Positions 10,808 to 22,378 of a stretch of DNA of 64,000 nucleotides are shown piece after piece. The notes beneath the pieces were generated by a model. It made no database searches, had not been told where the DNA came from, and worked only from the letters and a program-made list of their open reading frames with translations. The first letter of the stretch is position 1; each line of letters starts with the position of its first letter. The position numbers and the translations under genes were made by a program. The stretch comes from Candidatus Poribacteria bacterium (GTDB taxonomy: Bacteria > Poribacteria > WGA-4E > WGA-3G), in the NCBI GenBank assembly GCA_965205025.1, contig CBDBFU010000009.1, forward strand, positions 96,001 through 160,000, given 5' to 3'.

Positions 10808-11797
10808 ATGAAGCGATATGCCGCAATCGCAGGGACGGGTGCTTATCTACCTGAAACCATTTTAACTAATTTCGATCTTGAGAAAATGGTGGATACCAGC
10901 GACGAATGGATTCGACAACGAACGGGAATTGTAGAGCGAAGAATAGCCGATGATGATGTTGCTACATCAGATCTTAGTGTGCATGCATCTCGACTTGCAA
11001 TTAAGGATGCACATATAGATCCGATTGATATTGAGATGATTCTCGTTGCTACTGTCACCCCCGATACTGCATTCCCATCAACAGCATGTTATGTACAGCA
11101 GGGTATAGGTGCAAAAAACGCATCTGCCATGGATATATCAGCCGCGTGTGCTGGTTTCTTGTATGGTCTTGATTTAGCTAATGGACTAATAATTTCTGGA
11201 CAGTATAATACTATTCTTGTAGTCGGTGGGGAAGTATTTAATAATATCGTAGACTGGAAGGATAGAAATACTTGTGTGCTTTTTGGAGATGGTGCTGGTG
11301 CTGCAATCGTTCAAGCAACAGAAGAACCAAAAGGAATTATCGCCTCGTATATCGGATCAGATGGAGATTATGCCGATATTAACCTACTCGGTATTCCTGC
11401 AGGTGGTTCAAGAATGCCTGTCACCTCAGATGCAATTGATAATAATCTCAATAAAATCCAGATGAATGGTAGGGAAGTCTTCAAGCTTGGTGTTCGACTG
11501 ATGCCCGAAGCTGCACAACGTGTATTACGTAAAGCGGAAATTAGTGTAGATGATATTGACCTATTGATTCCACACCAAGCGAACTTACGAATTATTGAAG
11601 CAGTTGGCGACAGACTTGGAGTGCCAAGAGAGAAAGTGTATGTAAACGTCGATAAATATGGCAATACTTCAGCTGCAACTGTTATCATTGCATTGGATGA
11701 AGCTATTCGACAAGGACGCGCAAAGCCTGGTGATCTTGTTCTACTGGTAACTTTTGGCGCAGGATTAACATGGGGAAGCACACTCTTACGTCTATAA
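10808..11797 (+). CDS. fabH: 3-oxoacyl-ACP synthase III
   Basis: AACAGF, PHQAN, GNTSAA. Confidence 0.96.
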   Translation: MKRYAAIAGTGAYLPETILTNFDLEKMVDTSDEWIRQRTGIVERRIADDDVATSDLSVHASRLAIKDAHIDPIDIEMILVATVTPDTAFPSTACYVQQGIGAKNASAMDISAACAGFLYGLDLANGLIISGQYNTILVVGGEVFNNIVDWKDRNTCVLFGDGAGAAIVQATEEPKGIIASYIGSDGDYADINLLGIPAGGSRMPVTSDAIDNNLNKIQMNGREVFKLGVRLMPEAAQRVLRKAEISVDDIDLLIPHQANLRIIEAVGDRLGVPREKVYVNVDKYGNTSAATVIIALDEAIRQGRAKPGDLVLLVTFGAGLTWGSTLLRL

Positions 11798-11969
11798 CTA
11801 AACATATTTATTAAAATAAGTGCGTTCGGTATAAGCAATATATAGGAATCAGTGCTTGAAGCCACACACCATCCAAGGTTGAGAGTTTACATTTTGCGAT
11901 ATAATAGTTGATTTTCTCTTACTTCGAGTTCACGTTATTAATAGTATCATTTCCAAATTACACCGTAAA

Positions 11970-12908
11970 ATGTCGCAATTCGCCTATATATTTCCAGGAC
12001 AGGGTTCACAGAAAGTTGGCATGGGTTCCGAGTTAGTTGATAACTATCCAATTGCCCGTGAAGTCTTTGACAATGCTGATAGTTCTTTGGGAATATCTAT
12101 TAGCCAACTCTGTTTTGAAGGGCCAGAAGAGGAATTAAGACAGACAGAAAATACACAACTTGCTATATTAACATATAGTGTCGCCATCTTAAAAGTCCTA
12201 ACTCACTCAGGTATTAATCCAGAGATTGTTGCCGGACATAGTTTGGGTGAGTATTCCGCTCTTGTTGCCTCCGGTGTCATTAGTTTATCGGATGCCTTAC
12301 GATTGGTAAGTGCTCGTGCACAATTTATGGCAGAAGCAGGTGAAGAGCAAGTTGGAACAATGGCCGCTATCCTTGGTATGGAGACAGATAAACTACAGCA
12401 ATACTGTGATAGTGTTGATGGAATTGTAAAAATTGCGAATTATAATTGTCCTGGACAATTAGTGATTTCAGGAGAAGTTGAAGCAGTAAATCAGGTTGTT
12501 GATCTTGCTTCTGAGGAAATTGGTTCGAGACGGTGTCGTTTATTACCTGTGAGTGGTGCTTTTCATTCACCATTAATGGAATCGGCACAAGCTAAGTTTC
12601 AAGTTGTCTTGAATACTATAACGTTAAACCATCCCAAAATTGATATTGTGATGAATGTTACTGGTGTATTGGCAAAGGAACCTGAGGATATTAGAAGTTT
12701 ACTGTTTCAACAGATTACTGAACCTGTTCAATGGGAAAAGACATTACATACTATTGCGACTTCGGGTATTGGTAACTATATAGAGGTAGGTCCAGGAAAG
12801 GTTTTGTCTGGTTTGGTAAAAAGGACATATCCGGACAATATTTGTATGAATGTAGAAGATCTTAACACATTAGCTTTCGTATTAGACAAATATGGAAAAG
12901 GTCAGTAA
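11970..12908 (+). CDS. fabD: Malonyl-CoA:ACP transacylase
   Basis: FPGQGSQ, GHSLGE, SGAFHS. Confidence 0.96.
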   Translation: MSQFAYIFPGQGSQKVGMGSELVDNYPIAREVFDNADSSLGISISQLCFEGPEEELRQTENTQLAILTYSVAILKVLTHSGINPEIVAGHSLGEYSALVASGVISLSDALRLVSARAQFMAEAGEEQVGTMAAILGMETDKLQQYCDSVDGIVKIANYNCPGQLVISGEVEAVNQVVDLASEEIGSRRCRLLPVSGAFHSPLMESAQAKFQVVLNTITLNHPKIDIVMNVTGVLAKEPEDIRSLLFQQITEPVQWEKTLHTIATSGIGNYIEVGPGKVLSGLVKRTYPDNICMNVEDLNTLAFVLDKYGKGQ

Positions 12909-13686
12909 GATGGATACAGCAACGGGACAGTGCATTTTTAAATCGGACATGCTAAATGGGAAAACAGCAATCGTTACAGGAGCATCTCGAGGGATTGGTG
13001 CAGCAATTGCCCGGAGATTGTGTGAAACAGGGGCACAGGTTGTTGTTTGTTCTCGTTCATTACAAGCAGTTACACAAACAGCGGAAATTCTACAAGGTGA
13101 AGGTTATACTACCCATGCTATTGCTGCCGATATTGCCCAAAAAGCAGATGTTGAGACATTAATTCAAGAAACACTTACGAAGTTCTCTCAGATCGACATT
13201 CTTGTAAACAACGCTGGAATTACACGAGATACGCTGTTGATGCGCCTTAAAGATGAAGACTGGGATGCAGTGTTGCAAACTAATCTCAGCGGTACAATGT
13301 ACTGTACACGCGAAGTTCTTCGTCCAATGATACGACAAAAAAGTGGACGTATAATTAACATCTCCTCAGTCATAGGATTGATGGGAAATGTTGGACAAGC
13401 ACCCTATGCAGCCGCAAAAGCCGGTATTATAGGTCTTACAAAAACAACCGCAAAAGAGGTAGGCACACGAGGTATAACTGTAAACGCTATCGCACCTGGG
13501 TTCATTACGACAGACATGACAGCAGAAATACCCGAAGAGTTTCAAAACAAAATTCTTGAACTGATTCCATTACAGAACTTTGGCACACCAGAAGATGTTG
13601 CAGACACGGTCTGTTTTCTGGCATCTGATGCAGCACGATATATCACTGGACAAACCTTTCAGGTAGACGGTGGTATGGTGATGTAA
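12892..13686 (+). CDS. fabG: 3-oxoacyl-ACP reductase
   Basis: TGASRGIG, NNAGITRD, YAAAK; exact start uncertain. Confidence 0.95.
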   Translation: MEKVSKMDTATGQCIFKSDMLNGKTAIVTGASRGIGAAIARRLCETGAQVVVCSRSLQAVTQTAEILQGEGYTTHAIAADIAQKADVETLIQETLTKFSQIDILVNNAGITRDTLLMRLKDEDWDAVLQTNLSGTMYCTREVLRPMIRQKSGRIINISSVIGLMGNVGQAPYAAAKAGIIGLTKTTAKEVGTRGITVNAIAPGFITTDMTAEIPEEFQNKILELIPLQNFGTPEDVADTVCFLASDAARYITGQTFQVDGGMVM

Positions 13687-13859
13687 CTCACAACCCTATT
13701 CTGCTAACTACAGCAGAACTATTGACTATTAGTATTGGGAAACCATAGAAATACCATAATGGTAATGATTAGTTAAATTAACATTTATTATATTGCTGGA
13801 GTGGTAGAAACTGTAGAATATAGTTTTTCCACCCATTTGATAGGAGATTAATAACATAA

Positions 13860-14093
13860 ATGGCAACAAATGAAGAACGTCTTATTGAAATCATCGCACA
13901 TCAACTTGGTATTGAGTCTGACAATGTCACTCCTGATGCTTCTTTTATGGAAGACTTAGGAGCAGATTCTCTTGATACCGTCGAATTGGTCATGGCACTT
14001 GAAGAGGAATTTGATCTTGAAATTCCTGACAGTGATGCCGAAAAGATTCAAACCGTACAAGATGCCCTTGATTATTTGGATGAGCATATATAG
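13860..14093 (+). CDS. acpP: Acyl carrier protein
   Basis: [14 protein letters not shown]. Confidence 0.97.
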   Translation: MATNEERLIEIIAHQLGIESDNVTPDASFMEDLGADSLDTVELVMALEEEFDLEIPDSDAEKIQTVQDALDYLDEHI

Positions 14094-14178
14094 TCACTCA
14101 TAATTGATAATTAACTTTGAGGGCATGTAGTCGTAATCTACAAGCCCTCTTTACCTACTTAAGAAAAGGATCGGTCTC

Positions 14179-15417
14179 GTGGAGCGTGTAGTTATTACAG
14201 GAATCGGTGTTGTTAATGCGATTGGCAACACGAAAGAAGAATATTGGGATGCGCTTGGAGAGGGTAAAAACGGAATCGGACCTTTAACTTCTTTTGATGC
14301 AACCGATTATCGTACCCAGATTGCTGCAGAGGTAAAAGATTTTCAGGCAGAATTGTATTTGGATAAGAAGACTGTATCGCGTTTTCCTGCTTTTATTAAG
14401 TATGCGCTTGCAGCTTCAATGATGGCACATAAAGATTCAGGTTTGGACCTGTCCACAATTGATCCATATCGTGCCGGTGTCCAAATTGGTTCTGGTGTTG
14501 GTGGTATCGGTTTTCTTGAAGAAAATGCAGAAATTCTTTTTGAAAAAGGACCAAAGCGCGTAAGTCCGTTTCTTGTGCCGTTTATGATCATTAATATGGC
14601 AGCAGGACAGGTATCTATCCATTTTAACCTAAAGGGTCCCAATTCCTCATCTGTTACAGCCTGTGCCACTTCAAACCATTCAATTGGCGAATCGTTACGT
14701 TTAATTCAACACGGATATGCAGATGTCATGTTCACTGGTGGTACAGAATCAGCAATGACACCTTTGGCATTTGCAGGATTTTGTCAGATGCGTGCGATGT
14801 CTGAGCGTAATGATGAACCCGAACGAGCTTCTCGTCCATTCAATAAAGACAGAGATGGTTTCGTTATGGGTGAGGGTGGAGGCATTCTAATTCTTGAATC
14901 CCTTACACATGCCAAAAAACGTGGAGCAAATATTTACGCGGAAATCGTCGGATTCGGCATGACCTCTGACGCTCATGATATGGTGAGTCCGCCTGATAAT
15001 GGTGAAGGGGCAGCGAAAGCAATGGAATTTGCACTTAATGATGCTAAACTTCCAACAGATTCAGTTGATTATATCAATACACACGGAACTTCAACACCTA
15101 TAGGGGATATTGCTGAGACAAATGCGATTAAATCCCTCTTTGGTGCTAAAGCCTATCAAATACCCGTGAGTTCAACAAAGTCTATGATTGGACATCTACT
15201 CGGAGCCGCAGGTGCGGTGGAACTCATTGGGTGTATAGGGGGTATGGAAAAAGGATTTATACCTCCAACGATCAATTATGAAGTACCAGATGAAGAATGT
15301 GATCTGGATTATGTACCAAACGAAAGTCGTGATGTACAAATAGAAGTCGTACTTTCTAACGCATTCGGATTCGGTGGACATAATACCTCTATCGCTATCC
15401 GAAAGTTCACTGGCTAA
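14179..15417 (+). CDS. fabF: 3-oxoacyl-ACP synthase II
   Basis: [25 protein letters not shown]. Confidence 0.96.
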   Translation: MERVVITGIGVVNAIGNTKEEYWDALGEGKNGIGPLTSFDATDYRTQIAAEVKDFQAELYLDKKTVSRFPAFIKYALAASMMAHKDSGLDLSTIDPYRAGVQIGSGVGGIGFLEENAEILFEKGPKRVSPFLVPFMIINMAAGQVSIHFNLKGPNSSSVTACATSNHSIGESLRLIQHGYADVMFTGGTESAMTPLAFAGFCQMRAMSERNDEPERASRPFNKDRDGFVMGEGGGILILESLTHAKKRGANIYAEIVGFGMTSDAHDMVSPPDNGEGAAKAMEFALNDAKLPTDSVDYINTHGTSTPIGDIAETNAIKSLFGAKAYQIPVSSTKSMIGHLLGAAGAVELIGCIGGMEKGFIPPTINYEVPDEECDLDYVPNESRDVQIEVVLSNAFGFGGHNTSIAIRKFTG

Positions 15418-15467
15418 TTGTTAAACTTCACACATCCCTATCTATATAATTCTTATACAATAAACTT

Positions 15468-15983
15468 GTGCACTTAGCGTATATTGGCTTTGGAAGCAAC
15501 ATTGGTGAAAGGTTAACTTATATTCAAAATTCCCTCTACTCCTTATCGGTAGTGGAGGGAATTACCTTAAAGACCATTTCATCTATTTATAAGACTGAAC
15601 CAGTGGGAAATGTAGCACAAGATGATTTTTTAAACGGTGTGGTTTCAGTTGAAACTTCACTTTCCCCCCATAGCTTACTTCACACATTAAAAGATATTGA
15701 AATTTCCATTGGTAGAAAACACCGAACCCGTTGGGGTCCAAGAGAGATCGATATGGATATTCTTATCTATGATGATCTGTGCCTTCAAACTCCAGATTTG
15801 ACCATTCCACACCCAGAAATGCACCTCCGCAGGTTCGTACTTACTCCGTTAGCAGAAATCTCCTCAGACTTACCCCATCCTGTCCTTAATAAAAGTATCC
15901 TTTCGCTACTTCATAGTCTAAAAGATGACAAATCAGTGGTGAAGGATATAAGTTATTCTGTAAACATTACATCCTGTCAATAA
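15468..15983 (+). CDS. folK: 6-hydroxymethyl-7,8-dihydropterin pyrophosphokinase
   Basis: [26 protein letters not shown]. Confidence 0.95.
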   Translation: MHLAYIGFGSNIGERLTYIQNSLYSLSVVEGITLKTISSIYKTEPVGNVAQDDFLNGVVSVETSLSPHSLLHTLKDIEISIGRKHRTRWGPREIDMDILIYDDLCLQTPDLTIPHPEMHLRRFVLTPLAEISSDLPHPVLNKSILSLLHSLKDDKSVVKDISYSVNITSCQ

Positions 15984-16092
15984 ATTGTGAAGATACCATC
16001 TGTTAATGAATCATTTCTAACTTGAATGTCTTTAGTATGGATTCCTCAATTGATATTTGATATAATTTATTAGATATTTATAGGAGAGTAAA

Positions 16093-16747
16093 GTGATGCG
16101 ATGGTTTGAAACACGTGGTCCGGTATATCCTGAAGATAACTACGTTGTAGTGCGAACAGGAGAACTTGCAGATTTTGTAAGTCGAATGGAAAAAGGAAGG
16201 TATATCGTGTTATTCGCACCTCGCCAAACAGGTAAAACTACGTTGTTTCGAAACGCACTTGACATACTTGAAGCCAAGCAACAAGGTTATATACCAATAC
16301 AGATGAATTTTGAGATTTATGTTGATAGTGATGCAACTGTATTCTACAAGTCATTTTCCGATGAAATATGTCAGAAAATTAAAGATGTATTTCAAGGTCG
16401 CGGTGAGAAACTTTCAGATGAACTCACAAAATTCTTAACAGAAGTAGAAATTTCGGATCCTATTTCACTCACAACATTTTTTCAATCACTTGGTAATTTA
16501 CTAAAGAAGCAACGAATTGTTATTGTCATTGATGAATTTGATGCAATACCAAGAGATGCTCTTAGGGGTTTTTTACATTCACTTCGCCAAATATATCTTT
16601 CTGAGAAAGAACGATGTCCCTATAGTGTTGGTATTGTTTAGGAAAAACCCGGAACCACGAATTGAATCTGAAATTATAGATGAATTGCCTATTCAAAGTT
16701 ATGTGATTCCTGTGATACAGGAACTCCCTTCATCGGTTAAAACATAA
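16093..16747 (+). pseudogene. Internally deleted AAA-like P-loop ATPase
   Basis: Walker A APRQTGKTT and Walker B IVIDEFD, stop after 182 aa; an out-of-frame tail (RKNPEPRIESE...YVIPVIQELPS) follows immediately and reads like a protein C-terminus. Confidence 0.65.
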
Positions 16748-16894
16748 GCGGTGTTTAAATTCCCAATTTTAAATCTACATCAGATTCAACTCTCTTATCC
16801 GGTCAATTCTCTCAGATTTATCATATCAGAAGTTATAGCAATAGAGTGATACACTGATTTCGTACTAACAGAAACAAGAAACAATTGCAATAAA

Positions 16895-17803
16895 TTACCA
16901 ATTTGGATCATATTCCCAATTTGTACGTTGTATCCCGTAGCGAATTCCTTCTATCTCTGTCTGATGGCAGACAAGACACCTGTTGTAATCGTTAACTCCA
17001 TGCAATTGATGTGCAGTAATTATCTCAGGTGTATTATGTTCATGACAAGTAATACATGTATAACTTTGATACGGATGATCAGCATATAGTGCGAATTGAT
17101 TTGTTTGTCTTCTTATGTGATATTCCCGGTCATTTTCATTGTCTGATATTTTCCATTCAATACCCATTTTCTTTATCAATATTTTCGCTGTTTGAGAAAT
17201 ATCCACCTGTTGTTGTGTAGACCACCAATGTATTTCCTCGGGTAGTTTTTCTGATGTATCTAATTCTTGTTGTAGTGTTGAAGATTCTATTTTGAAGAGG
17301 AATGGATCGGCTGTATGGCATTTTGCACAAGGTACATCATGCACACTTGTTAATGGAAAAAATTCATCGTGGTCAAGTTTTGCCTGTCCATGAAAAACAA
17401 TACCAATAAACAGAATTGGGGCAAGGATAAGGTGACATCTAAGCAGTATTTGTCGTGTCTTACGAGTTGTAAGACTAACAGCGACGCCTGTCCCAAGATT
17501 TGACAGTGCAAGTATAAAGGTTAACCAAGAGTGCCATGCTAACGGTTGGAAGGCAGAGTGTAGAAGTACCAGAGAAAGACCTAATGATGCTAACCGTTGA
17601 TGATATTTTAACCATACTTGACGAGAACCCCATTTAATCCATCTGCTACGTAGTACATACAAACCTGCGATGAGAATAGCAATAGCTCCAATGATACTAA
17701 TAGTGTGTCTGGCTTCCCCATAACTGCCTGCCTGCCAGACACATACCAATGAAATAATAGTAGCACCAACAATGCCATGTCCGATATGTATGAAAACCCG
17801 CAT
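16895..17803 (-). CDS. Membrane protein with tri-heme cytochrome c domain
   Basis: About 5 hydrophobic helices with His residues, then CAKCH, CITCH and CLVCH. Confidence 0.75.
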   Translation of the reverse strand: MRVFIHIGHGIVGATIISLVCVWQAGSYGEARHTISIIGAIAILIAGLYVLRSRWIKWGSRQVWLKYHQRLASLGLSLVLLHSAFQPLAWHSWLTFILALSNLGTGVAVSLTTRKTRQILLRCHLILAPILFIGIVFHGQAKLDHDEFFPLTSVHDVPCAKCHTADPFLFKIESSTLQQELDTSEKLPEEIHWWSTQQQVDISQTAKILIKKMGIEWKISDNENDREYHIRRQTNQFALYADHPYQSYTCITCHEHNTPEIITAHQLHGVNDYNRCLVCHQTEIEGIRYGIQRTNWEYDPNW

Positions 17804-17919
17804 AGTGTAAGTTTAACATGTCTGCTTATCAGTGACAAGTGAAAAGGAATAGTCTGGAAAGAGTAAAAATGATATGTTATAATAACCGTAAGTTATGGTT
17901 ATATTCATAAGGAGATAGA

Positions 17920-18495
17920 GTGATGAATCAAAAAATCGTTTTTATATTACTTCTTTTTATTCCATTGACACTCATTGGATGTTATACAATAAATGGCCAT
18001 TATGAACTAGTAAATACAAGCATAAATAAACAAAAACATGTAGAAAAAACGGAAGAGAATGTAAACCAAATGTCTGATTCTGAAGTTAAAACTACAAAAG
18101 ACGAGTCTGACAGTTACTATGGTCGACGAAAACGTGCCTATAGTATATCAAATTCTTACTCAAGTGATTCCTACTGGATACCTTACACACGATATTATTC
18201 CTATTATCCTTTACCATATTATTATTCAAATCCCTGGTATTATGGTTATAGAAATTATGCACCTTATTATGGTTATGGCTATTATCCATATAGTAGTTAT
18301 TATCCGTATAGAGGCTACTATTATGGAAGGTATCGTGGGAGCCCGTATCCAGCATCTTCGCGTAGCACCTATAAGCGAGATAAAATCAGCAGAGATTACC
18401 GATCAGAAAATCGTCGTTCACGAGTATCACGTAGTGTAATATCCTCTAATCCTCAATCGGATCGTCTACGTCGCAAATCTAATAACCAAGATTAG
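17920..18495 (+). CDS. Tyr-rich putative lipoprotein
   Basis: Lipobox-like LIGC after a hydrophobic stretch; Y/G/P-rich core; Arg/Ser-rich tail; RBS AAGGAG. Confidence 0.7.
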   Translation: MMNQKIVFILLLFIPLTLIGCYTINGHYELVNTSINKQKHVEKTEENVNQMSDSEVKTTKDESDSYYGRRKRAYSISNSYSSDSYWIPYTRYYSYYPLPYYYSNPWYYGYRNYAPYYGYGYYPYSSYYPYRGYYYGRYRGSPYPASSRSTYKRDKISRDYRSENRRSRVSRSVISSNPQSDRLRRKSNNQD

Positions 18496-18558
18496 GATTA
18501 GTCTTCCAGATATCAGGAAAGTTCTGAGAACAGAGATTTTAATGAAGGAGAAATTGAA

Positions 18559-19839
18559 ATGAAACAAACAATTTATGGGGTATTTGTCTGTTTATTTGCT
18601 ATAGGATGTTTTGTAGTCACATCCACTGCCCAGATTGAAGAAATGGCAATCGGTAACACATTCGGTGTTGGTGCGCGGACAATGGGAATGGGTGGTGCTA
18701 CTCTTGGTATTTCCGATGACTTTACAGCCTTATATTGGAATCCTGCTGGAATAGCACAGATACAGAAGTTTGAATTATTCACGAGCTTTTCACATAATAC
18801 AGCAAATACAGATAGTTTTTTCTCAGGTGATGAAGTAACTGGTACGAGTCGTACGCAACTCCGTCCGAATGCGATTGGGTTTGTATACCCGTTTTACACG
18901 CAACAGGGTGGTTTTGCAGTAGCATTTGGGTATAATCGTCCCCAGAACTTCGACTATCAAACAGTTATCCAAGGGATTGATCCAAGTTCTGGAAATATAC
19001 ATAGTGGATTGTTAGTAGATGAGGTTAATAGAAACTCTGGCGGAATTGGAATTTGGAGTTTTGGTGGTAGTATTTATATAACTGAGAGTATCCTAATTGG
19101 TGGGGCAGTTGATTTCTGGAATGGAAATAGTATAAACGAATTGGATATATCTGCTACAGATGCGTTTAACATTGATAATGATATATCCCGTTTCAGATTT
19201 GATGATGAAATAGATCGAGTTTATTCGGGAGTTGGTGGGAAACTCGGTGTTTTGGTTAATTTTACAGATTCAGTTAGTGTTGGTTTAACATTGGTGTCAC
19301 CTACAGAATTGGCAGTTGAAGAATTATGGTATGAGTACACTCATGTATCATACGATGATGGGGAAGAAGAAACAGACCCGAATGAGGGCTTAATATCATA
19401 CGATATTGAAAGACCATTTGAAGTTGGGACAGGGATCGCTGTGAAATTGTTGAACCAGCAATTGATTTTAGCGGGAGACATTCAACTAACTGATTGGCGT
19501 CAAGCCCGTTATGATCCCGCACCAGCGCAAGATATTTCCGACGATTTCTTTGAAGAGACCTATTCGCTGACATTGCAGTCAAGATTGGGAGTTGAATTTC
19601 GTATACCGGGTATTGACACCCACATTCGTGCAGGTTATTTTCGTGATACGATTCCTTTTACAGAAACCGAGGTTGAGAATGAACGTGATTACCTGACATT
19701 AGGTGTCGGTAAAATCTTTGAGGATACCTTGAAGTTTGACCTTGCTTATATGTACGGGAATTGGCGAGAGTATAGTAATGAGTTGACAAGGAAACAAAAT
19801 AACCATAGAATTTTTGTTTCAGGAGCGTACCGATTCTAA
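18559..19839 (+). CDS. FadL/OmpP1-like outer-membrane beta-barrel
   Basis: Signal peptide, GARTMGMGGA...DDFTALYWNPAG, C-terminal YRF. Confidence 0.85.
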   Translation: MKQTIYGVFVCLFAIGCFVVTSTAQIEEMAIGNTFGVGARTMGMGGATLGISDDFTALYWNPAGIAQIQKFELFTSFSHNTANTDSFFSGDEVTGTSRTQLRPNAIGFVYPFYTQQGGFAVAFGYNRPQNFDYQTVIQGIDPSSGNIHSGLLVDEVNRNSGGIGIWSFGGSIYITESILIGGAVDFWNGNSINELDISATDAFNIDNDISRFRFDDEIDRVYSGVGGKLGVLVNFTDSVSVGLTLVSPTELAVEELWYEYTHVSYDDGEEETDPNEGLISYDIERPFEVGTGIAVKLLNQQLILAGDIQLTDWRQARYDPAPAQDISDDFFEETYSLTLQSRLGVEFRIPGIDTHIRAGYFRDTIPFTETEVENERDYLTLGVGKIFEDTLKFDLAYMYGNWREYSNELTRKQNNHRIFVSGAYRF

Positions 19840-19855
19840 TCATTAATTAGGAAAT

Positions 19856-19896
19856 AAAAATATAGGGTGGAGTTTTAACTCCACCCTATATTTTTT
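19856..19896. terminator. Bidirectional intrinsic terminator
   Basis: AAAAA-TATAGGGTGGAGTT-TT-AACTCCACCCTATA-TTTTTT between convergent genes. Confidence 0.85.
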
Positions 19897-19973
19897 AAGA
19901 ATGTTAGCAATTAGTCTATCCTAAACAAGATCAGTAAATATGGTTTAGATTAACAGGTGTTTACCCAAATTCA

Positions 19974-20376
19974 TCACACGAGTTGTATATAAGCCATCTG
20001 TGCCCCGTCCCCGCGTCTTAATTCTCCTCGGATAATCCGTGTGTATCCTCCGTTGCGATCTTGGTACCGTGGAGCGATATCTTCAAAAAGTTTCTGTAGG
20101 ATAGCGTGTTTATCTAATACCCCGGATTCGCCTCTTCTTGGTTTATGATGAAGGTTTCTACCATACAAGGCTCGTGCAGCACGTCTGCGTGAATGAACAG
20201 TATCCTTTTTTGCTAAGGTTATCAGTTTTTCTGCGACCCTTCGAAGTTCCTTACATTTATGCAATGTTGTTCGAATTTGTTCATGTTCAAAAAGAGCGGT
20301 GGCTTGATTTCGGAAGAGTGCATTTTCGATGACTCGTAGTCCGTCCTAATTTCCTGCCGCGTTTTCTGTGTCTCAT
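19974..20376 (-). CDS. rplQ: 50S ribosomal protein L17 (one +1 frameshift near 20323)
   Basis: MRHRKRGRKLGRTTSHR, then ALFRNQATALFEHEQIRTT in a shifted frame; RNGGYTRI; span 403 nt = 3n+1. Confidence 0.92.
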
Positions 20377-21371
20377 TCTGTTTCCTCCTCCTCCTCCGTG
20401 AGAATGTATTCGTCGTCTTCCAAATCCATACCAAGAGTCAATCCCATGTTGGCAAGTTGGTCTTTGATTTCATTCAAAGATGTGCGTCCAAAGTTCTTAT
20501 ATTCCAACATTTCCTTCTCATTCTTTACGACGAGTTCACGGATAGTTTTAATATTTGCTGTCTCAAGACAATTTCCAGCGCGTACTGATAATTCAAGGTC
20601 AGCAACAGGTTTTGAAAGGTATCTATTTCTCAAGATTTTTGCTTCATCAATTTCAGGTTCTGGTTCAACATAAGTTTCATCGAATTCAGTAAATATTTCA
20701 AGTTGGTTTCGAAGAATTTCAGAAGCCTGTGTGATAGCGTCTTTGGGTGTTATACTTCCATCTGTCCAGATTTCGAGATTCAGTTGATCAAAATTCGTCA
20801 TGTCTTCAACACGAGTTTCACTTACGGAAAAGTTAACTTTCTCAACAGGAGAAAATTTTGCGTCAATAGGAATCCATCCAATAGGTTGTTTTGCGTCGCG
20901 ATGTTCTTCAGCCAGCGAATAACCGCGTCCCGTTTGAACTTGAATCTCCATTTCAATCCCTTGACACTTATCAAGAGTTGCAATATGTTGGTCTGGATTG
21001 ATGATTTCTACGAGTGAATTGGGTCGAACATCTGCAGCAGTGAGTTCCCCAGAACCATCAGCTTTTAAGTCGAGTATCATAGGTTCGTCCTGTAAAAGTC
21101 GGAACCGAATTGCCTTGAGGTTAAGTATTATTTGTACCACATCTTCTAAAATACCTGGAATAGTAGAATATTCATGTTTAACCTGATCAATTTGAATTGC
21201 AGTTATAGCAGCACCTTTAATTGAAGAAAGAAGTACTCGACGAAGCGAGTTGCCCAAAGTAGTGCCGTATCCGCGTTCAAGTGGTTCTGCGGTGTATTTG
21301 GCATAATTTGGTTGTAGTGATTCTGTATCTGCCACCAAACGCTTGGGCATTCTTAGATCCAAACTATTCAT
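20373..21371 (-). CDS. rpoA: RNA polymerase alpha subunit
   Basis: EPLERGYGTTLGNSLRRVLLSS, LELSVRA.NCL. Confidence 0.98.
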   Translation of the reverse strand: MNSLDLRMPKRLVADTESLQPNYAKYTAEPLERGYGTTLGNSLRRVLLSSIKGAAITAIQIDQVKHEYSTIPGILEDVVQIILNLKAIRFRLLQDEPMILDLKADGSGELTAADVRPNSLVEIINPDQHIATLDKCQGIEMEIQVQTGRGYSLAEEHRDAKQPIGWIPIDAKFSPVEKVNFSVSETRVEDMTNFDQLNLEIWTDGSITPKDAITQASEILRNQLEIFTEFDETYVEPEPEIDEAKILRNRYLSKPVADLELSVRAGNCLETANIKTIRELVVKNEKEMLEYKNFGRTSLNEIKDQLANMGLTLGMDLEDDEYILTEEEEETE

Positions 21372-21731
21372 CGATATCCTCCTATCGGCTTATGTTCTAT
21401 AAACAGAGTCAAACAGGTAAGTTATTGTTATTTTCCAGAGTTAATTACACCATACAACTACCTGTATTGCACCTAATCTGTTTATTTGTATGTAAATATC
21501 GGTAACATAATCCTATATACCAAATCTGAGATGTGTTATACCAATATTGGTATAGTAGGATTATAGATAAAACTCTATTACTGTATTGGGTTGATAACTT
21601 AGGTTGATTTGGCATTATAATGAAAAATCATAATGCTTACCCATTTCTTATGGACTTTCTTCCATATTTGAAACTATAAATAATATGAAGTATCAAATTG
21701 GAGAAACAATCAAGCGGTAGTTGTTTATGTG

Positions 21732-22364
21732 TTACCTTGAATACAATTCAATAATTAACTGTGTGTCTAACTCTGCTGCAATTTGTTCAACAATTGGTGT
21801 GCCTTGAACTCGTCCTTCCGGTTTATCTGCATCAATTTCGAGCCATTGAGGTGATCCTCTCTGTTGTGAAAATTCTAAGGCTTCTTGTATTGCGATGTTT
21901 TCTCTGCTTTTTTCACGAGGAGAAATAACATCACCTACTTCAACGAGATAGGACGGTATATTAACGCGTTTTCCATTTACAGTAAAGTGGTTGTGTTTCA
22001 CAAGTTGTCTTGCTTGTTTTCGTGATGTAGCAAAACCGAGTCGATAAACGACATTGTCTAAACGACGCTCAAGTAGGGCAATTAGATTCTCACCTGTAAT
22101 CCCTGTTTGTCGCGCTGCTTTAAAGTAGTAATTTCGAAATTGTTTTTCAAAAATACCGTATATGCGTTTTGCTTTTTGCTTAGTCCGTAATTGTCGTCTA
22201 TATTCTCCGCGTGCTCGTGTCAGTGGTTTTTGACCATGGTCACCAGGTGGATAACTTCTTCTTTCAAATGAACATTTGGGTCCGATGCATCTGCGCCCCT
22301 TAAGAAAAAGTTTCTCACCTTCTCGACGACATAATTTACAGACAGAATCTAAATACCTACTCAT
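21732..22364 (-). CDS. rpsD: 30S ribosomal protein S4
   Basis: [28 protein letters not shown]. Confidence 0.97.
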   Translation of the reverse strand: MSRYLDSVCKLCRREGEKLFLKGRRCIGPKCSFERRSYPPGDHGQKPLTRARGEYRRQLRTKQKAKRIYGIFEKQFRNYYFKAARQTGITGENLIALLERRLDNVVYRLGFATSRKQARQLVKHNHFTVNGKRVNIPSYLVEVGDVISPREKSRENIAIQEALEFSQQRGSPQWLEIDADKPEGRVQGTPIVEQIAAELDTQLIIELYSR

Positions 22365-22378
22365 GTGTCTCCCTTGGT

